This document shows positions 8,566 through 18,390 of a DNA stretch of 64,000 nt, piece after piece. The first letter of the stretch is position 1, and every line of letters starts with the position of its first letter. Where the stretch lies: positions 18,964 through 82,963 of the forward strand of contig DASWIG010000188.1 of the NCBI GenBank assembly GCA_036397835.1, in the 5' to 3' direction. The stretch comes from Thermoanaerobaculia bacterium. Its GTDB lineage: Bacteria > Acidobacteriota > Thermoanaerobaculia > Multivoradales > J023. A program made the translations under genes and the position numbers. The notes below the pieces were generated by a model. The model was not told where the DNA came from. It was given only the letters and a program-made list of their open reading frames with translations, and did not search any database.

Positions 8566-11500
8566 CGGCGAGTTCCTGTCGGCTGTCGGGCTCGGCGTCG
8601 GCTGAGCCGCTCTCTGCCGGCTCGCAGCCCGGCGAGGTGCTTGCGGCGCCGCTCCTCAGCCCGCGGATCGGGGGAAGCGCGATCGAGGTGCGCCGCCAGG
8701 CTGGCGATCGTCGGGTATTGAAAGAGCTCGATCAGCGTCACTCGGTCGTCGATCTGGTCGCGCAGCTTGCCATGGACCCGGAGCAACAATAACGAGTGTC
8801 CGCCGAGGTCGAAGAAACTGTCGTGGATGCCGACCTGGTCGAGGCCGAGCTCTTCCCGCCAGATCCGTGCCACGGCGCGCTCGACCCGGTTGCCCGGGGC
8901 GCGGTACGCCGTCGCAAGCTCGGGCCTGGCGCCGTCCGGCTCGGGCAAGGCATTGCGCGCGACCTTTCCGCTGGAGGTGAGAGGCAGCGCGTCGAGGTGG
9001 ACGAAGGTCGCCGGGACCATGTGCTCGGGCAAGCGTTTTCTGAGGTCCGCGAGGAGTGCCGCGTCGGCGGCCGGCCGGCCGTCGTTGGACACCACGTAGG
9101 CGACCAGGCGCTGGTCCCCCGGAGCCGTCTCGCGGACCACCGCCACGGCCTGCCGTACCCCGGGCTGCTCCTCGAGAGCCGCTTCGATCTCGCCGAGCTC
9201 GATCCGGAAACCCCGCAGCTTGACCTGGAAGTCCAGACGGCCGAGGTACTCGATAGCGCCGTTCGTGCCGAAGCGAGCCCGGTCACCGGTCATGTAGAGG
9301 CGGCCCCCGGGCTCGATTGCCGCGGGATCGGGCACGAATTTCCCGGCGCTCAGCGCCGGGCGGGCGAGGTAGCCGCGGGCAAGTCCCATACCGCCGATGC
9401 AGAGCTCGCCGGCGACGTTGATCGGGACCGGTCGCAGCTCAGCGCCGAGGATCAGGATTCGGGTATTGGCGATCGGCCGGCCGATCGACACCCGGCTCAG
9501 CGCCGGCGGGCAGGCCCATGAGGTGACTTCGACGGCGGCCTCGGTCGGACCGTAGAGGTTGTGAAGCTCGGCCGCGAGACGCTGGCGGAAACGGCCCACG
9601 ACGTCGGGCGTGAGGCTCTCGCCGCTGGCGATCACTCTTCGTACGCTGCGGCAACGCTCGAGCTCCGGCTGCTCCAGGAACACCCGAAACATCGACGGCA
9701 CGAAATGCAGGGTCGTGACGTCGTTCCGAGAGATCAGGCCGGCCAGGTAGGAGCCGTCCTTGTGCCCCTCGGGACGCGCGACGACCAGACGTGCTCCGGT
9801 GATGAGCGGCAAGAAAAGCTCCCAGACCGAGACGTCGAAGCTGAATGCCGTCTTGTGCAGAATCTTCTCGTCGGCGCTGATGCGGTGGGCGTCCTGCATC
9901 CACCGTAGCCGGTTGCAGATCGCTCGATGCGTGTTGACCACGGCCTTGGGCTTGCCGGTCGATCCGGAGGTGTAGATGACGTAGGCCGGGCTGTCGGGAT
10001 CGGCGCCGGCCCGCGGAGCGGGCGGTTGGAGCGGCTCGGTCTCCGGACGGAGGGCGTCGAGCCTCAAGGCCGGAATCCGAAGATTCTCCGGTACCGGGAC
10101 GCCGGCCAAGAGCACTTTCACCCCGGCGTCTTCGAGCATGAAGGCCAACCGCTGCTCGGGGTAGCCGGGCTCGAGCGGGAGGTAGGCGGCGCCCGACTTG
10201 AGCGTACCGAGCAGAGCGACGACCATCTCGATCGAACGCTCGGCGCAGACTCCGACCACCTCTTCCGGACCGGCGCCCAGCACGCTCAGATCGCGGGCCA
10301 GTCGGCTCGCCTTCGAGTCGAGCGCGCGGTAGCTCAGCCACCGGCCCTCGAAGGTGAGCGCCACCGCCTCGGGCGAGCGCTCGGCCCGCTCCTCGACGAG
10401 CTCGTGGAGCAGCCCCGAGGCTCGGGGAATCGCCGTGTCGTTCCACTCTCTCAGCAACTGCTGCCGCTGCGCCTCGCCGATCAGCGAAAGGCTTTCGATC
10501 TCGGCGCCAGGCCGTTCGACGATTCCTTCGAGCAGCCGGGCGAGGTGGCCCCACAACCGCCGCGCCGTCGTGGCGTCGAACAGATCGGTCTTGTACTCGA
10601 TGTAACCGTGCAGACCTGCCCTTTCCTCGCCGATCGCCAGGGTGAGGTCGAAGCGGGACGTGCCGTTGCTGACCGCCATCATTCGCAACGTCATACCGGG
10701 CAGCTCGCGGGGCTCCGGCGCGGCGTTCTGGAAGACGAACATCACCTGAAAGAGCGGAGAGTGCCCCAGATCTCGCCGGGGCTGAAGCTCTTCAACCAGT
10801 TTCTCGAACGGCAGGTCCTGATGCTCGTGAGCACCCAGCATGGCCTCCCGCACCTGCGCCAAGAGCTCGACGAAAGTCATACTCCGGGCGAGCACGCCAG
10901 GAACAACCAACGTATTGACGAACATTCCGATCAGGTTCTCCGTTTCCGGCCGGATACGGCCAGATACCGGAATTCCGATGCACAGCCTCTCTTGCCCCGA
11001 GTAACGCGCTAACAGCAGCTCGAAAGCTCCCAGGAAGATCATGAAGAGAGTGGCCCCCTCTCTGCGGCCGAGCCTGCGGAGCGCATCGGTCAGGTCGCCG
11101 GGCACGCCGAAGAACCTGCGCGTTCCGCGCACGGTCGTCACCGGTGGTCGGGGACGGTCGATCGGAAGGTCCAGCACCGGGAAAGAGTTGCCCAGGCGGC
11201 GCCGCCAGAACTCCAGACGCTGCGCGAGCAACTCGCCGCGCATACGCGCGCGTTGCCAGACGGCAAAGTCGGCATACTGGGCAGATAGCTCAGCGAGCTG
11301 CGGCGCCCGACGGTCTCGGTACGCCTGGTAGAGCTCCCGCAGCTCACGGGTCAGGACGTCGAACGACCAGGCATCGCAGACGATGTGATGAATCGTCATC
11401 ATCAGTACGTGCTCGTCGAGGCTCAAGCGCACGAGGCTTCGGCGCCACAACGACCCCTGCGCCAGGTCGAACGGCAATCGTGCCATGCTCGTGAACAGTC

Positions 11501-13685
11501 TCGCCACGACCTGTTCGCGGATGGCGGGCTGAATCGTGCAAAGATCGACGATGGCGAGCGGCGAGGACGCGGCGGCGCGCGCTGCCTGCACCGGTTCCCC
11601 GTTCTCTAGCAGAAACGCCGTTCGCAAGATCGAGTGACGAGCCGTGATCTCGTTCAAGCTCCGCTCCAGCGCCGCCGGGTCGAGCTCGCCTTGGAGGCGC
11701 AAACCCAGAGGCAAGTTGTAGAGCGAGCTACCCGGAGTAAGCCGGTCCAAGAAGAGGAGCCGTTCCTGGGCGAAAGACAGGGGAATCCGCTCCTGCGGAG
11801 AGAGCCGCGGCAACGGCTCGAACCGAGCAACCGCTGGGCCTTCGTTACAGCGCAGTTTCTCGATCGCGTCCGCCATGCCTGCGATGGTCTCGGTCTCGAA
11901 GATCTGGTTCATGGGTATCTGAGTACCGAGAATCTGCGTCACACGGCCCAGCATCCGCAAGGCGGTCAAGGAGTGCCCGCCGAGATCGAAAAAACTGTCA
12001 TGGATGCCAACCATGTCGACTTGCAGGACCTCGGCCCAGATCTGCGCCAACAATTGCTCCACGACGGTGCGCGGCTCGCCGCCGGAAGGCGTAGCGCCGC
12101 TCGACTCGAGAGACGAGGGGTCGGGCAGGGCCAGCCGATCGATCTTGCCGTTCGCCGTTTTCGGCAGCTCGTCGAGTTGGACGTAGACAGAAGGAACCAT
12201 CGGCTCCGGCAGATCCTCCGCCAGGAAGGCGCGCAGCTCGGCGATCGCTACTGCACGCCGCGCAGCAAAGTAAGCGCACAAGTAGAGCGTCCCGGTCCGG
12301 TCCCCACGAGCCACGACCGCCACCTCTCGGATCTGCTCGTGGTCCAACAGACGATTCTCTACCTCCGTCACCTCGACGCGCACGCCACGGATCTTCACCT
12401 GCTGGTCCTTGCGGCCCATGAGCTCGAAATTACCATCGGGCTCTATGCGCCCCAGGTCGCCGGTGCGATAGACCACGTCGTTGGGATCGCGGCTGAAGGG
12501 GTTCCTGGTGAAGACCGCGGCCGTCAGCTCCGGCTTGCCGAAGTAACCCAGGCTGCAATAAGGCGTGCGGATCAGGATCTCTCCCAATTGACCTGGGGAG
12601 CACGGACGGTCCACCTCGTCCACGACCACGGCTCGCGCTCCGTGCATCGGCTTGCCGATGGGCACGGTGCGGCGATTCTTGTCCGCAGGCTTGACGAAGT
12701 AGAAGAACTTCGTCATAGTGGTCTCGGATGGGCCGTAGAGATTGACCAGTTGCACTCGGTCGCCACGGAGGCTCGTCCATTTCTCAACGTCCGAGGGCAG
12801 CAAATGCTCACCAGCCAGCAGCACGAATCGTAGCGCATCGAAGCCACGCGGCTCAAGAGCGGGATCGAGAATCGTGCGGAACAGAGACGGCACGGCGTGT
12901 ACGACTTCGAGCCGCTCGGCATCGATCCAATCGACGAGAGCCTGGGCGGTCAGCGAGGTTCCTCTTCCCGGGGGCACACAAACGGTGCCGCCGACCGCAA
13001 GCGGAACGAAGACGTCGCGCAAGAAGGCGTCGAAAGCGAAGTTCGTCAGTTGACTTACACGTACGCCGGACTCGATCCCCAGCGTGTCGACCTCCCAGCC
13101 GACATAGTGATCGATGGCCTTGAGGCGGCCGGAAATGCCCTTCGGCTCTCCGGTCGAGCCGGAGGTGAAATAGATGTAACAGATCTGGTCGGGATCGGCG
13201 TCTCGGAGCCGGCGCTGCGGTTCCCAGTAGTCGTCGGCACGATGGCTGTACCGGCCCGTCTCCATGACGCGCAGGCTCCGTCCCGACTGGGCCAGAACAC
13301 CCAGCGCGACCTGCGGAAAGCCCTCGGGGAGGCAGCCGTCCAACGCCTCAACGAGGTCAACGGCGGCCAGGAAACCCGAGGGTTGGGCCGTTAGAATCAT
13401 CGATTCGAGCCGCCGCCGAGGCAGGCGAGCATCGAGCGGCACGAAAACGGTCCCGGACTTGAGGCACCCGATGACTGCCGTGATCGCATCGACGGGATCA
13501 GTGCAGCAAACGCCGATCCTGTCGCCGGCCTTGATGCCGCGAGAAAGAAGGAAGTTGGCAACATTGCTCGACCGGTCGTCGAGATCGGCGTAGCTCACTC
13601 GTGCCTGCGCCGTGTCGATGGCGGTCGCCGATCGGTGACGGTCCACCGCTCGGCAGAATATGCGGTCAATGCTTTCGAATGCCAT
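8562..13685 (-). CDS. NRPS, A-PCP-C-A-PCP (~1707 aa); ends with PCP that hands over to the downstream KS
   Basis: The ORF track extends the start to a TTG at 13715, but an ATG at 13685-13683 lies 4 nt after the upstream gene's TGA (13692-13690: ...ctgTGAgataATGgca...) and gives N-terminus MAFESIDRIFCRAVDRH, a normal A-domain start. A cores ICYIYFTSGSTGEPKGI and AYVIYTSGSTGKPKAV; PCPs FFDLGGHSLTALRM and FFDLGGHSLLLLRV; C domain LSFAQERLLFL...HHIVCDAWS. Stop TGA at 8564-8562 overlaps the ATG of the next gene (ATGA). Confidence 0.85.
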   Translation of the reverse strand: MAFESIDRIFCRAVDRHRSATAIDTAQARVSYADLDDRSSNVANFLLSRGIKAGDRIGVCCTDPVDAITAVIGCLKSGTVFVPLDARLPRRRLESMILTAQPSGFLAAVDLVEALDGCLPEGFPQVALGVLAQSGRSLRVMETGRYSHRADDYWEPQRRLRDADPDQICYIYFTSGSTGEPKGISGRLKAIDHYVGWEVDTLGIESGVRVSQLTNFAFDAFLRDVFVPLAVGGTVCVPPGRGTSLTAQALVDWIDAERLEVVHAVPSLFRTILDPALEPRGFDALRFVLLAGEHLLPSDVEKWTSLRGDRVQLVNLYGPSETTMTKFFYFVKPADKNRRTVPIGKPMHGARAVVVDEVDRPCSPGQLGEILIRTPYCSLGYFGKPELTAAVFTRNPFSRDPNDVVYRTGDLGRIEPDGNFELMGRKDQQVKIRGVRVEVTEVENRLLDHEQIREVAVVARGDRTGTLYLCAYFAARRAVAIAELRAFLAEDLPEPMVPSVYVQLDELPKTANGKIDRLALPDPSSLESSGATPSGGEPRTVVEQLLAQIWAEVLQVDMVGIHDSFFDLGGHSLTALRMLGRVTQILGTQIPMNQIFETETIAGMADAIEKLRCNEGPAVARFEPLPRLSPQERIPLSFAQERLLFLDRLTPGSSLYNLPLGLRLQGELDPAALERSLNEITARHSILRTAFLLENGEPVQAARAAASSPLAIVDLCTIQPAIREQVVARLFTSMARLPFDLAQGSLWRRSLVRLSLDEHVLMMTIHHIVCDAWSFDVLTRELRELYQAYRDRRAPQLAELSAQYADFAVWQRARMRGELLAQRLEFWRRRLGNSFPVLDLPIDRPRPPVTTVRGTRRFFGVPGDLTDALRRLGRREGATLFMIFLGAFELLLARYSGQERLCIGIPVSGRIRPETENLIGMFVNTLVVPGVLARSMTFVELLAQVREAMLGAHEHQDLPFEKLVEELQPRRDLGHSPLFQVMFVFQNAAPEPRELPGMTLRMMAVSNGTSRFDLTLAIGEERAGLHGYIEYKTDLFDATTARRLWGHLARLLEGIVERPGAEIESLSLIGEAQRQQLLREWNDTAIPRASGLLHELVEERAERSPEAVALTFEGRWLSYRALDSKASRLARDLSVLGAGPEEVVGVCAERSIEMVVALLGTLKSGAAYLPLEPGYPEQRLAFMLEDAGVKVLLAGVPVPENLRIPALRLDALRPETEPLQPPAPRAGADPDSPAYVIYTSGSTGKPKAVVNTHRAICNRLRWMQDAHRISADEKILHKTAFSFDVSVWELFLPLITGARLVVARPEGHKDGSYLAGLISRNDVTTLHFVPSMFRVFLEQPELERCRSVRRVIASGESLTPDVVGRFRQRLAAELHNLYGPTEAAVEVTSWACPPALSRVSIGRPIANTRILILGAELRPVPINVAGELCIGGMGLARGYLARPALSAGKFVPDPAAIEPGGRLYMTGDRARFGTNGAIEYLGRLDFQVKLRGFRIELGEIEAALEEQPGVRQAVAVVRETAPGDQRLVAYVVSNDGRPAADAALLADLRKRLPEHMVPATFVHLDALPLTSSGKVARNALPEPDGARPELATAYRAPGNRVERAVARIWREELGLDQVGIHDSFFDLGGHSLLLLRVHGKLRDQIDDRVTLIELFQYPTIASLAAHLDRASPDPRAEERRRKHLAGLRAGRERLSRRRARQPTGTRR

Positions 13686-13689
13686 TATC

Positions 13690-16600
13690 TCACAGGGCCT
13701 CGCAGAACCCTGCAAGGACCGTGTCCTCTTCCGCTTCGCTCAGCAGCGACAACTGCGAAAGGCGCAGGGTGGGGTCGTCGACCATTTTCTGCATGAGCTC
13801 CCGGTAGTGGAGGTGGAGGCGTTCAATTGCGGGCCGGTCGTAGATATCGGTGCTGTACTCCGTAGCGACCACCAATCGGCGGCCCGCCGCCGACACGAAG
13901 AGCGTCAGGTCGAAGTTGGCGGAGACCCGCTCGGTCCCGATCGTCCTCAGGACGAGGCCAGGAACCCGTGTCGGAGGCTGCGGGACGTCTTGGAACGAGA
14001 ACTTGGCCTGGAAGAGGCCCTGGCCTTCTGCCCGACGTCTCCCCTGGAGATCCTCCAGGACTCGCTCATAAGGAACGTCCTGGTGGGCGTAGGCCTCGAG
14101 CGCCACCTCCCGGACGCGTTTCAGGACCTCGCGAAAGCTCGGGTCCCCCGTCAGGTCGCTGCGCAAGACGAGGATGTTGGCGAAATAGCCGATCGTCTCC
14201 TCGAGCTCCCGGCGCCGGCGATTGGCGACGTTGGTGCCGACCGCGATGTCGCGCTCCCCCGTGTAGAGAGCCAAGAGCACCTTGAAGGCCGCGACCATGG
14301 TCATGAAGAGGGTGGCGCCCTCCTGCCGGCTGAGCGCTCGGAGGCTCGCGGCGAGCCGCTCTGAAAGCTCGATCTGCGCCACCGCGCCTCGAAACGTCGG
14401 TCTGGTGGGCCGCCCGCGGGCGCCGGGAAGGTGGAGGATCGGGGGAGCGGTTTTCAACCGCCGGCGCCAGTAGGCCAACTGCGCCTCGAGGACGTCGTGG
14501 CTCAGCCAGCGCCGTTGCCACCGCGCGAAGTCGGGATACTGAACGAGGGCGTCCGACGCCGGGGCGGGCCGGCCCTCGATCCGGGAGCTGTAGAGACGGA
14601 CGATCTCGGCCACCAGGACCGCCATCGACCAGGCGTCGGAGACGATGTGGTGCATCGAGAGGACCACCGCGTGCTCCTCCGGTGCCAGGCGCAAGACGCA
14701 GACTCTGAGCAGAGGAGCGCGAGCGAGGTCGAAAGGGAGATCCAGCAGCTCCCGGATCCGGCGCTGGGACTCCCGGCCGCGGAGAGGCTCGGCCAGGGCC
14801 GTGAGGTCCAGAACCGGCAGCAATGACCTCCATTCGGAAGAGACGATCTGTGCGACCTTGTCGCCGTCCTCGACGAAGGTGGTGCGCAGCGCGTGGTGGC
14901 GGCGGCTCGCCTCGTCGAAGGCGGCGTGGAGAGCGGCAAGGTCCAGGCTCCCTTCGAGGCGTACGAGAGCGGGGATCTTGTAGCCGAGACGGTTCGCGTC
15001 GACCCGGTGGAGGAACCACATGCGCTCCTGGGAGTGGGACAGCGGCATTCGCGTTCCCGGGGGGAAACGCTCGATCGGCTCGGACTCGATGGCCGGGATG
15101 TGCGCCGTGCTTCTCGCATCTTCGATCTCCGCAGCGAATTTCGCCAGCGTGGGCGCCTCAAAAAGGCTCCTCAACGGGAGCTCGATTCCGAAGGTCTCGC
15201 GGACCCGCGATATCACCTGGGTAGCGAGGAGCGAATGGCCGCCGAGAGCGAAGAAGTCGTCCTCGCTCCCGAGCCCTTCAAGCCCCAGGACCTCGCCCCA
15301 GATACCGGCGAGCAGCTCCTCGGCCGGAGCACGGAGAGGCTCGCCGGCTCTGCGTCGGCCGGCCGCGGACCTCGTCAGGAGCTCGGCTTGGATGGAGGCG
15401 CGGTCCAGCTTGCCGTTCGCGGTGACCGGCAGGGCGTCCATCGTGACGATGGTGGAAGGGACCATGTAGTCGGGGAGCTTGCGGGTCAGGAAGCGGCGGA
15501 TTTCCGGGACCTCGGGCACCGCTCCGATCGACGGGACGATGCAGGCGGCGAGGCTCTTGTCCTCGGAGGCATCCGTGACGACGACAGCCACCGCCTCGTG
15601 AACGGCCTCGTGCCGGCACAGGACGTTCTCGATCTCTCCCAGCTCGATGCGAAAGCCTCGGATCTTCACCTGTTGATCGAGGCGTCCCAGGAACTCGAGG
15701 GTTCCTCCCGGCCAGAAACGGCTGCGGTCTCCGGTCCTGTAAAGGCGTCCTCCCCGCCGCTGGCCGAATGGATCCGGGATGAACTTCCGGGCGCTCAACA
15801 CCGGCTCGGAGGCGTATCCCGAGGCCAGGCACTGCCCGCCGATGAAGAGGTCGCCGGGCACCCCGGCGGGGCAGGGCTCGAGCGTTGCATCGAGCACGTA
15901 GTAACAGGCGTTGTCGATCGGCCGGCCGTAAGGAATGCTCCGCCACCGCGGGTCCACGGCGGTGACGACGTGGAAATTCGACCACACCGTGGCTTCGGTG
16001 GCGCCCCCGAGCGCGACGAGCCGGGCTGCGGGAAAAACTCTCCCGAGCCTGGCCGGCAGCGTCGTCGGGACCCAGTCGCCGCTCAGGAAGACGAGCCGCA
16101 GGCACGCCGTGGACAGGCCGTCTTCAGGCAAGAAGGGGATGAGCTGCTGCAACGCCGCCGGCGCCGAGTCCCAGAACGTGACCGGCTCCTGGGCCAGCAG
16201 GCGGGCGAGCTCGGCAGGCTCGCGGACCTCTTCGTTCGAGGCCACCCGCACCGAACCGCCGGCGGCGAGCACGCCGAAGACGTCGTAGACCGACAGATCG
16301 AACGACACCGACGTGACGAAGAGAATGCGGTCCGCCGGCCCCACGTCGAAGGTCCGGTTGACCCATCGGATGAGGTTGATTACCGGACCGTGACGGACGA
16401 CGACGCCCTTCGGCGTCCCGGTCGTGCCCGAGGTGAAGATGGTATACGCGAGGTCCGCAGCGCTCGCCGTCACGGCGGGGCTCCAGGTCGGTCGCCGCTC
16501 CAGGTCGCGGGCACTCGAGACCCGCGCCTTCCCTCCGGACCTTCCCCGGGCCCGTAACGTGCCCTCGGTCGCCTCCGCGTCCGCGACGACCAGGTGCTCG

Positions 16601-18390
16601 AGCCCGAAATCCTCTTCCAGGACTCGTTCCCAGGTCTCGAGCAACGCCGCGCTCGTCACGGCGCAAGTCACGCCGATCGAGCGCAGGATCCAGCGAGCCC
16701 GCTCGACCGGGTAGGTCGGGTCGAGAGGGACGTAAGCCGCCCCCGCTTTGAGAATGCCGAGCAGCGCGACGATCATCGCGGGCGATCGGTCGAGCAGGAT
16801 CGCCACCGGCGCCCCACGGCCGACCCCCAGCGACACCAGGTGATGGGCCAGCCGATTGGCCTCGGCGTCGAGGGCGCCGAAGCTCAGCGTCGACTCGGCT
16901 GTCGTCACGGCGGCCGCGTGCGGCCGCCGGCGTGCCTGCGCTTCGAAGATCTGGTGGATCGAGGTGTCCCCCACGCCCTTCCGGCCGGTATCCTGCCACT
17001 GGACCAGGGCTTGCTGACGCTCAGCCTGCGTCAGCATCGAAAGGTCACGCAGCCGCCCGTCTTGCGCCCGCGGCATGCCCTCGAGCAGCGCCGTGAGGTG
17101 TCTCAGCATGCGATCGATCGTCGCGTCGTCGAAGCGGTCACGAGGATAAAGGGCTCGCAGCGCCAGGCCTGGACCCGGCGTAACCATGAGGCTCAGCGCA
17201 TAGCCCGACTTCGGCTCGTAGCGCACGGAGCCCAGAGCGAGACGACCGGATCGCGCGGACTGCGGCAGCCGTTGGCTCGGCCCCTGGAACCAGGGAACGT
17301 TCTCGAACACCAGGATGCTCTCGAACAGGGGAGCGCGGCCGCGCACCTCGCTCCAGCCCTGAACCTCGGCGAGCGGGCTGTGCTCGTAGCGCCGGATGCG
17401 GAGCTGCTGTTCCTGGAGCTCGCCGAGCCAAGGCAGCACAGGCACCGCCGGTCCGAGGCGTACCCGTACCGGCAGAGTGTTGATGAAGAGCCCGACCATG
17501 GACTCGACACCCGGCAGGTCGTCGGGACGCCCGGATACCGTGGCGCCGAATACGACGTCCCGCTCGCCGCCGCTGTAGCGATGCAGGAGCAAGCTCCAGG
17601 CACCGCGCAAAAGACTGCTCAGGGTCAGCCGGTGTCGCCGCGCCATCCCTTCCACCTCCGCGGTCGCGGCGGCGGACACCTGGCGAGTGGCGCCGCGATA
17701 TCCGCTGCCGCGAAGGTGGTCTCGCTGCGGCACTCGGTCGACGTGGAGCGAGGTGGCCGAGCGCACGCCGGCAAGCTCCCGGCGCCAGAAGGCCTCGGCC
17801 GCGTCGAGCTCCTGCCGGCGCAGCCAGGAAACGTAGTCCCGGTACGGACGCGCCTCGCCGAGGGACGGTGGGCGGCCCGCCCGCAAGGACTCGTAGAGCT
17901 CGTGGAAGTCGCGGAGCACGTGCGAGAGGGACCAGGCGTCCATCAGAATGTGGTGATAGCTCAGTAGGCACTGATACTCCTCGGGAGCGTGGCGGATCAG
18001 CGCGACCCGCAGGAGCGGTGCCTTCGAGAAGTCGAATCCGCGCTTGCGATCCTCTTCGAGGTACCTCCGCAGCCGCTCTTCCCTGGCGGCCGGTTCGCTC
18101 GGCGCCCAGTCATGCGCCTCGAAGAGCAGCCTGACGCGCCGCAGCACGAGCTGGATTGGAGCGTCGCGGCGTCTCCAGGAAAACACCGTCCGCAGCGCGC
18201 CATGACGCCGCAGGTTTTCTTCCCAGGCACGGCGGAACACCTCGACGTCGATGCCACCGGGAGCCGTGACGTCGAAGATCACCTGATCGTGATAGAGCCC
18301 GGCCTCCGGATCGTAGAGGGCATGAAAAAGCATGCCCTGCTGCAGGGGCGAAAGCGGATAGATGTCCTCGATGTTATTCGTCTTCTTCAT
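13690..18390 (-). CDS. NRPS, C(DCL-type N-terminal motif)-A(Cys-like fingerprint)-PCP-C (1566 aa)
   Basis: ATG at 18390 (ATGAAGAAGACGAATAAC = MKKTNN), overlapping the TAA of the upstream gene by 17 nt. N-terminus IEDIYPLSPLQQGMLFH and HHILMDAWS; A core AYTIFTSGTTGTPKGV with SFDLSVYDVFG, LSGDWVP, GGATEATVWS, WRSIPYGRP; PCP FFALGGHSLLATQV; second C LSHSQERMWFL...HHIVSDAWS. The protein ends with a C domain, and the next gene begins directly with an A domain. Confidence 0.85.
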   Translation of the reverse strand: MKKTNNIEDIYPLSPLQQGMLFHALYDPEAGLYHDQVIFDVTAPGGIDVEVFRRAWEENLRRHGALRTVFSWRRRDAPIQLVLRRVRLLFEAHDWAPSEPAAREERLRRYLEEDRKRGFDFSKAPLLRVALIRHAPEEYQCLLSYHHILMDAWSLSHVLRDFHELYESLRAGRPPSLGEARPYRDYVSWLRRQELDAAEAFWRRELAGVRSATSLHVDRVPQRDHLRGSGYRGATRQVSAAATAEVEGMARRHRLTLSSLLRGAWSLLLHRYSGGERDVVFGATVSGRPDDLPGVESMVGLFINTLPVRVRLGPAVPVLPWLGELQEQQLRIRRYEHSPLAEVQGWSEVRGRAPLFESILVFENVPWFQGPSQRLPQSARSGRLALGSVRYEPKSGYALSLMVTPGPGLALRALYPRDRFDDATIDRMLRHLTALLEGMPRAQDGRLRDLSMLTQAERQQALVQWQDTGRKGVGDTSIHQIFEAQARRRPHAAAVTTAESTLSFGALDAEANRLAHHLVSLGVGRGAPVAILLDRSPAMIVALLGILKAGAAYVPLDPTYPVERARWILRSIGVTCAVTSAALLETWERVLEEDFGLEHLVVADAEATEGTLRARGRSGGKARVSSARDLERRPTWSPAVTASAADLAYTIFTSGTTGTPKGVVVRHGPVINLIRWVNRTFDVGPADRILFVTSVSFDLSVYDVFGVLAAGGSVRVASNEEVREPAELARLLAQEPVTFWDSAPAALQQLIPFLPEDGLSTACLRLVFLSGDWVPTTLPARLGRVFPAARLVALGGATEATVWSNFHVVTAVDPRWRSIPYGRPIDNACYYVLDATLEPCPAGVPGDLFIGGQCLASGYASEPVLSARKFIPDPFGQRRGGRLYRTGDRSRFWPGGTLEFLGRLDQQVKIRGFRIELGEIENVLCRHEAVHEAVAVVVTDASEDKSLAACIVPSIGAVPEVPEIRRFLTRKLPDYMVPSTIVTMDALPVTANGKLDRASIQAELLTRSAAGRRRAGEPLRAPAEELLAGIWGEVLGLEGLGSEDDFFALGGHSLLATQVISRVRETFGIELPLRSLFEAPTLAKFAAEIEDARSTAHIPAIESEPIERFPPGTRMPLSHSQERMWFLHRVDANRLGYKIPALVRLEGSLDLAALHAAFDEASRRHHALRTTFVEDGDKVAQIVSSEWRSLLPVLDLTALAEPLRGRESQRRIRELLDLPFDLARAPLLRVCVLRLAPEEHAVVLSMHHIVSDAWSMAVLVAEIVRLYSSRIEGRPAPASDALVQYPDFARWQRRWLSHDVLEAQLAYWRRRLKTAPPILHLPGARGRPTRPTFRGAVAQIELSERLAASLRALSRQEGATLFMTMVAAFKVLLALYTGERDIAVGTNVANRRRRELEETIGYFANILVLRSDLTGDPSFREVLKRVREVALEAYAHQDVPYERVLEDLQGRRRAEGQGLFQAKFSFQDVPQPPTRVPGLVLRTIGTERVSANFDLTLFVSAAGRRLVVATEYSTDIYDRPAIERLHLHYRELMQKMVDDPTLRLSQLSLLSEAEEDTVLAGFCEAL

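Noticed and set aside
13690-13715. Apparent 26-nt overlap or frameshift between the C-ending NRPS and the A-starting NRPS
   Set aside because: The overlap is created by the track extending the downstream ORF to a TTG. An ATG at 13685, 4 nt after the upstream TGA, gives a clean A-domain N-terminus, so two intact ORFs are the better reading (still flagged as an unusual C|A split).
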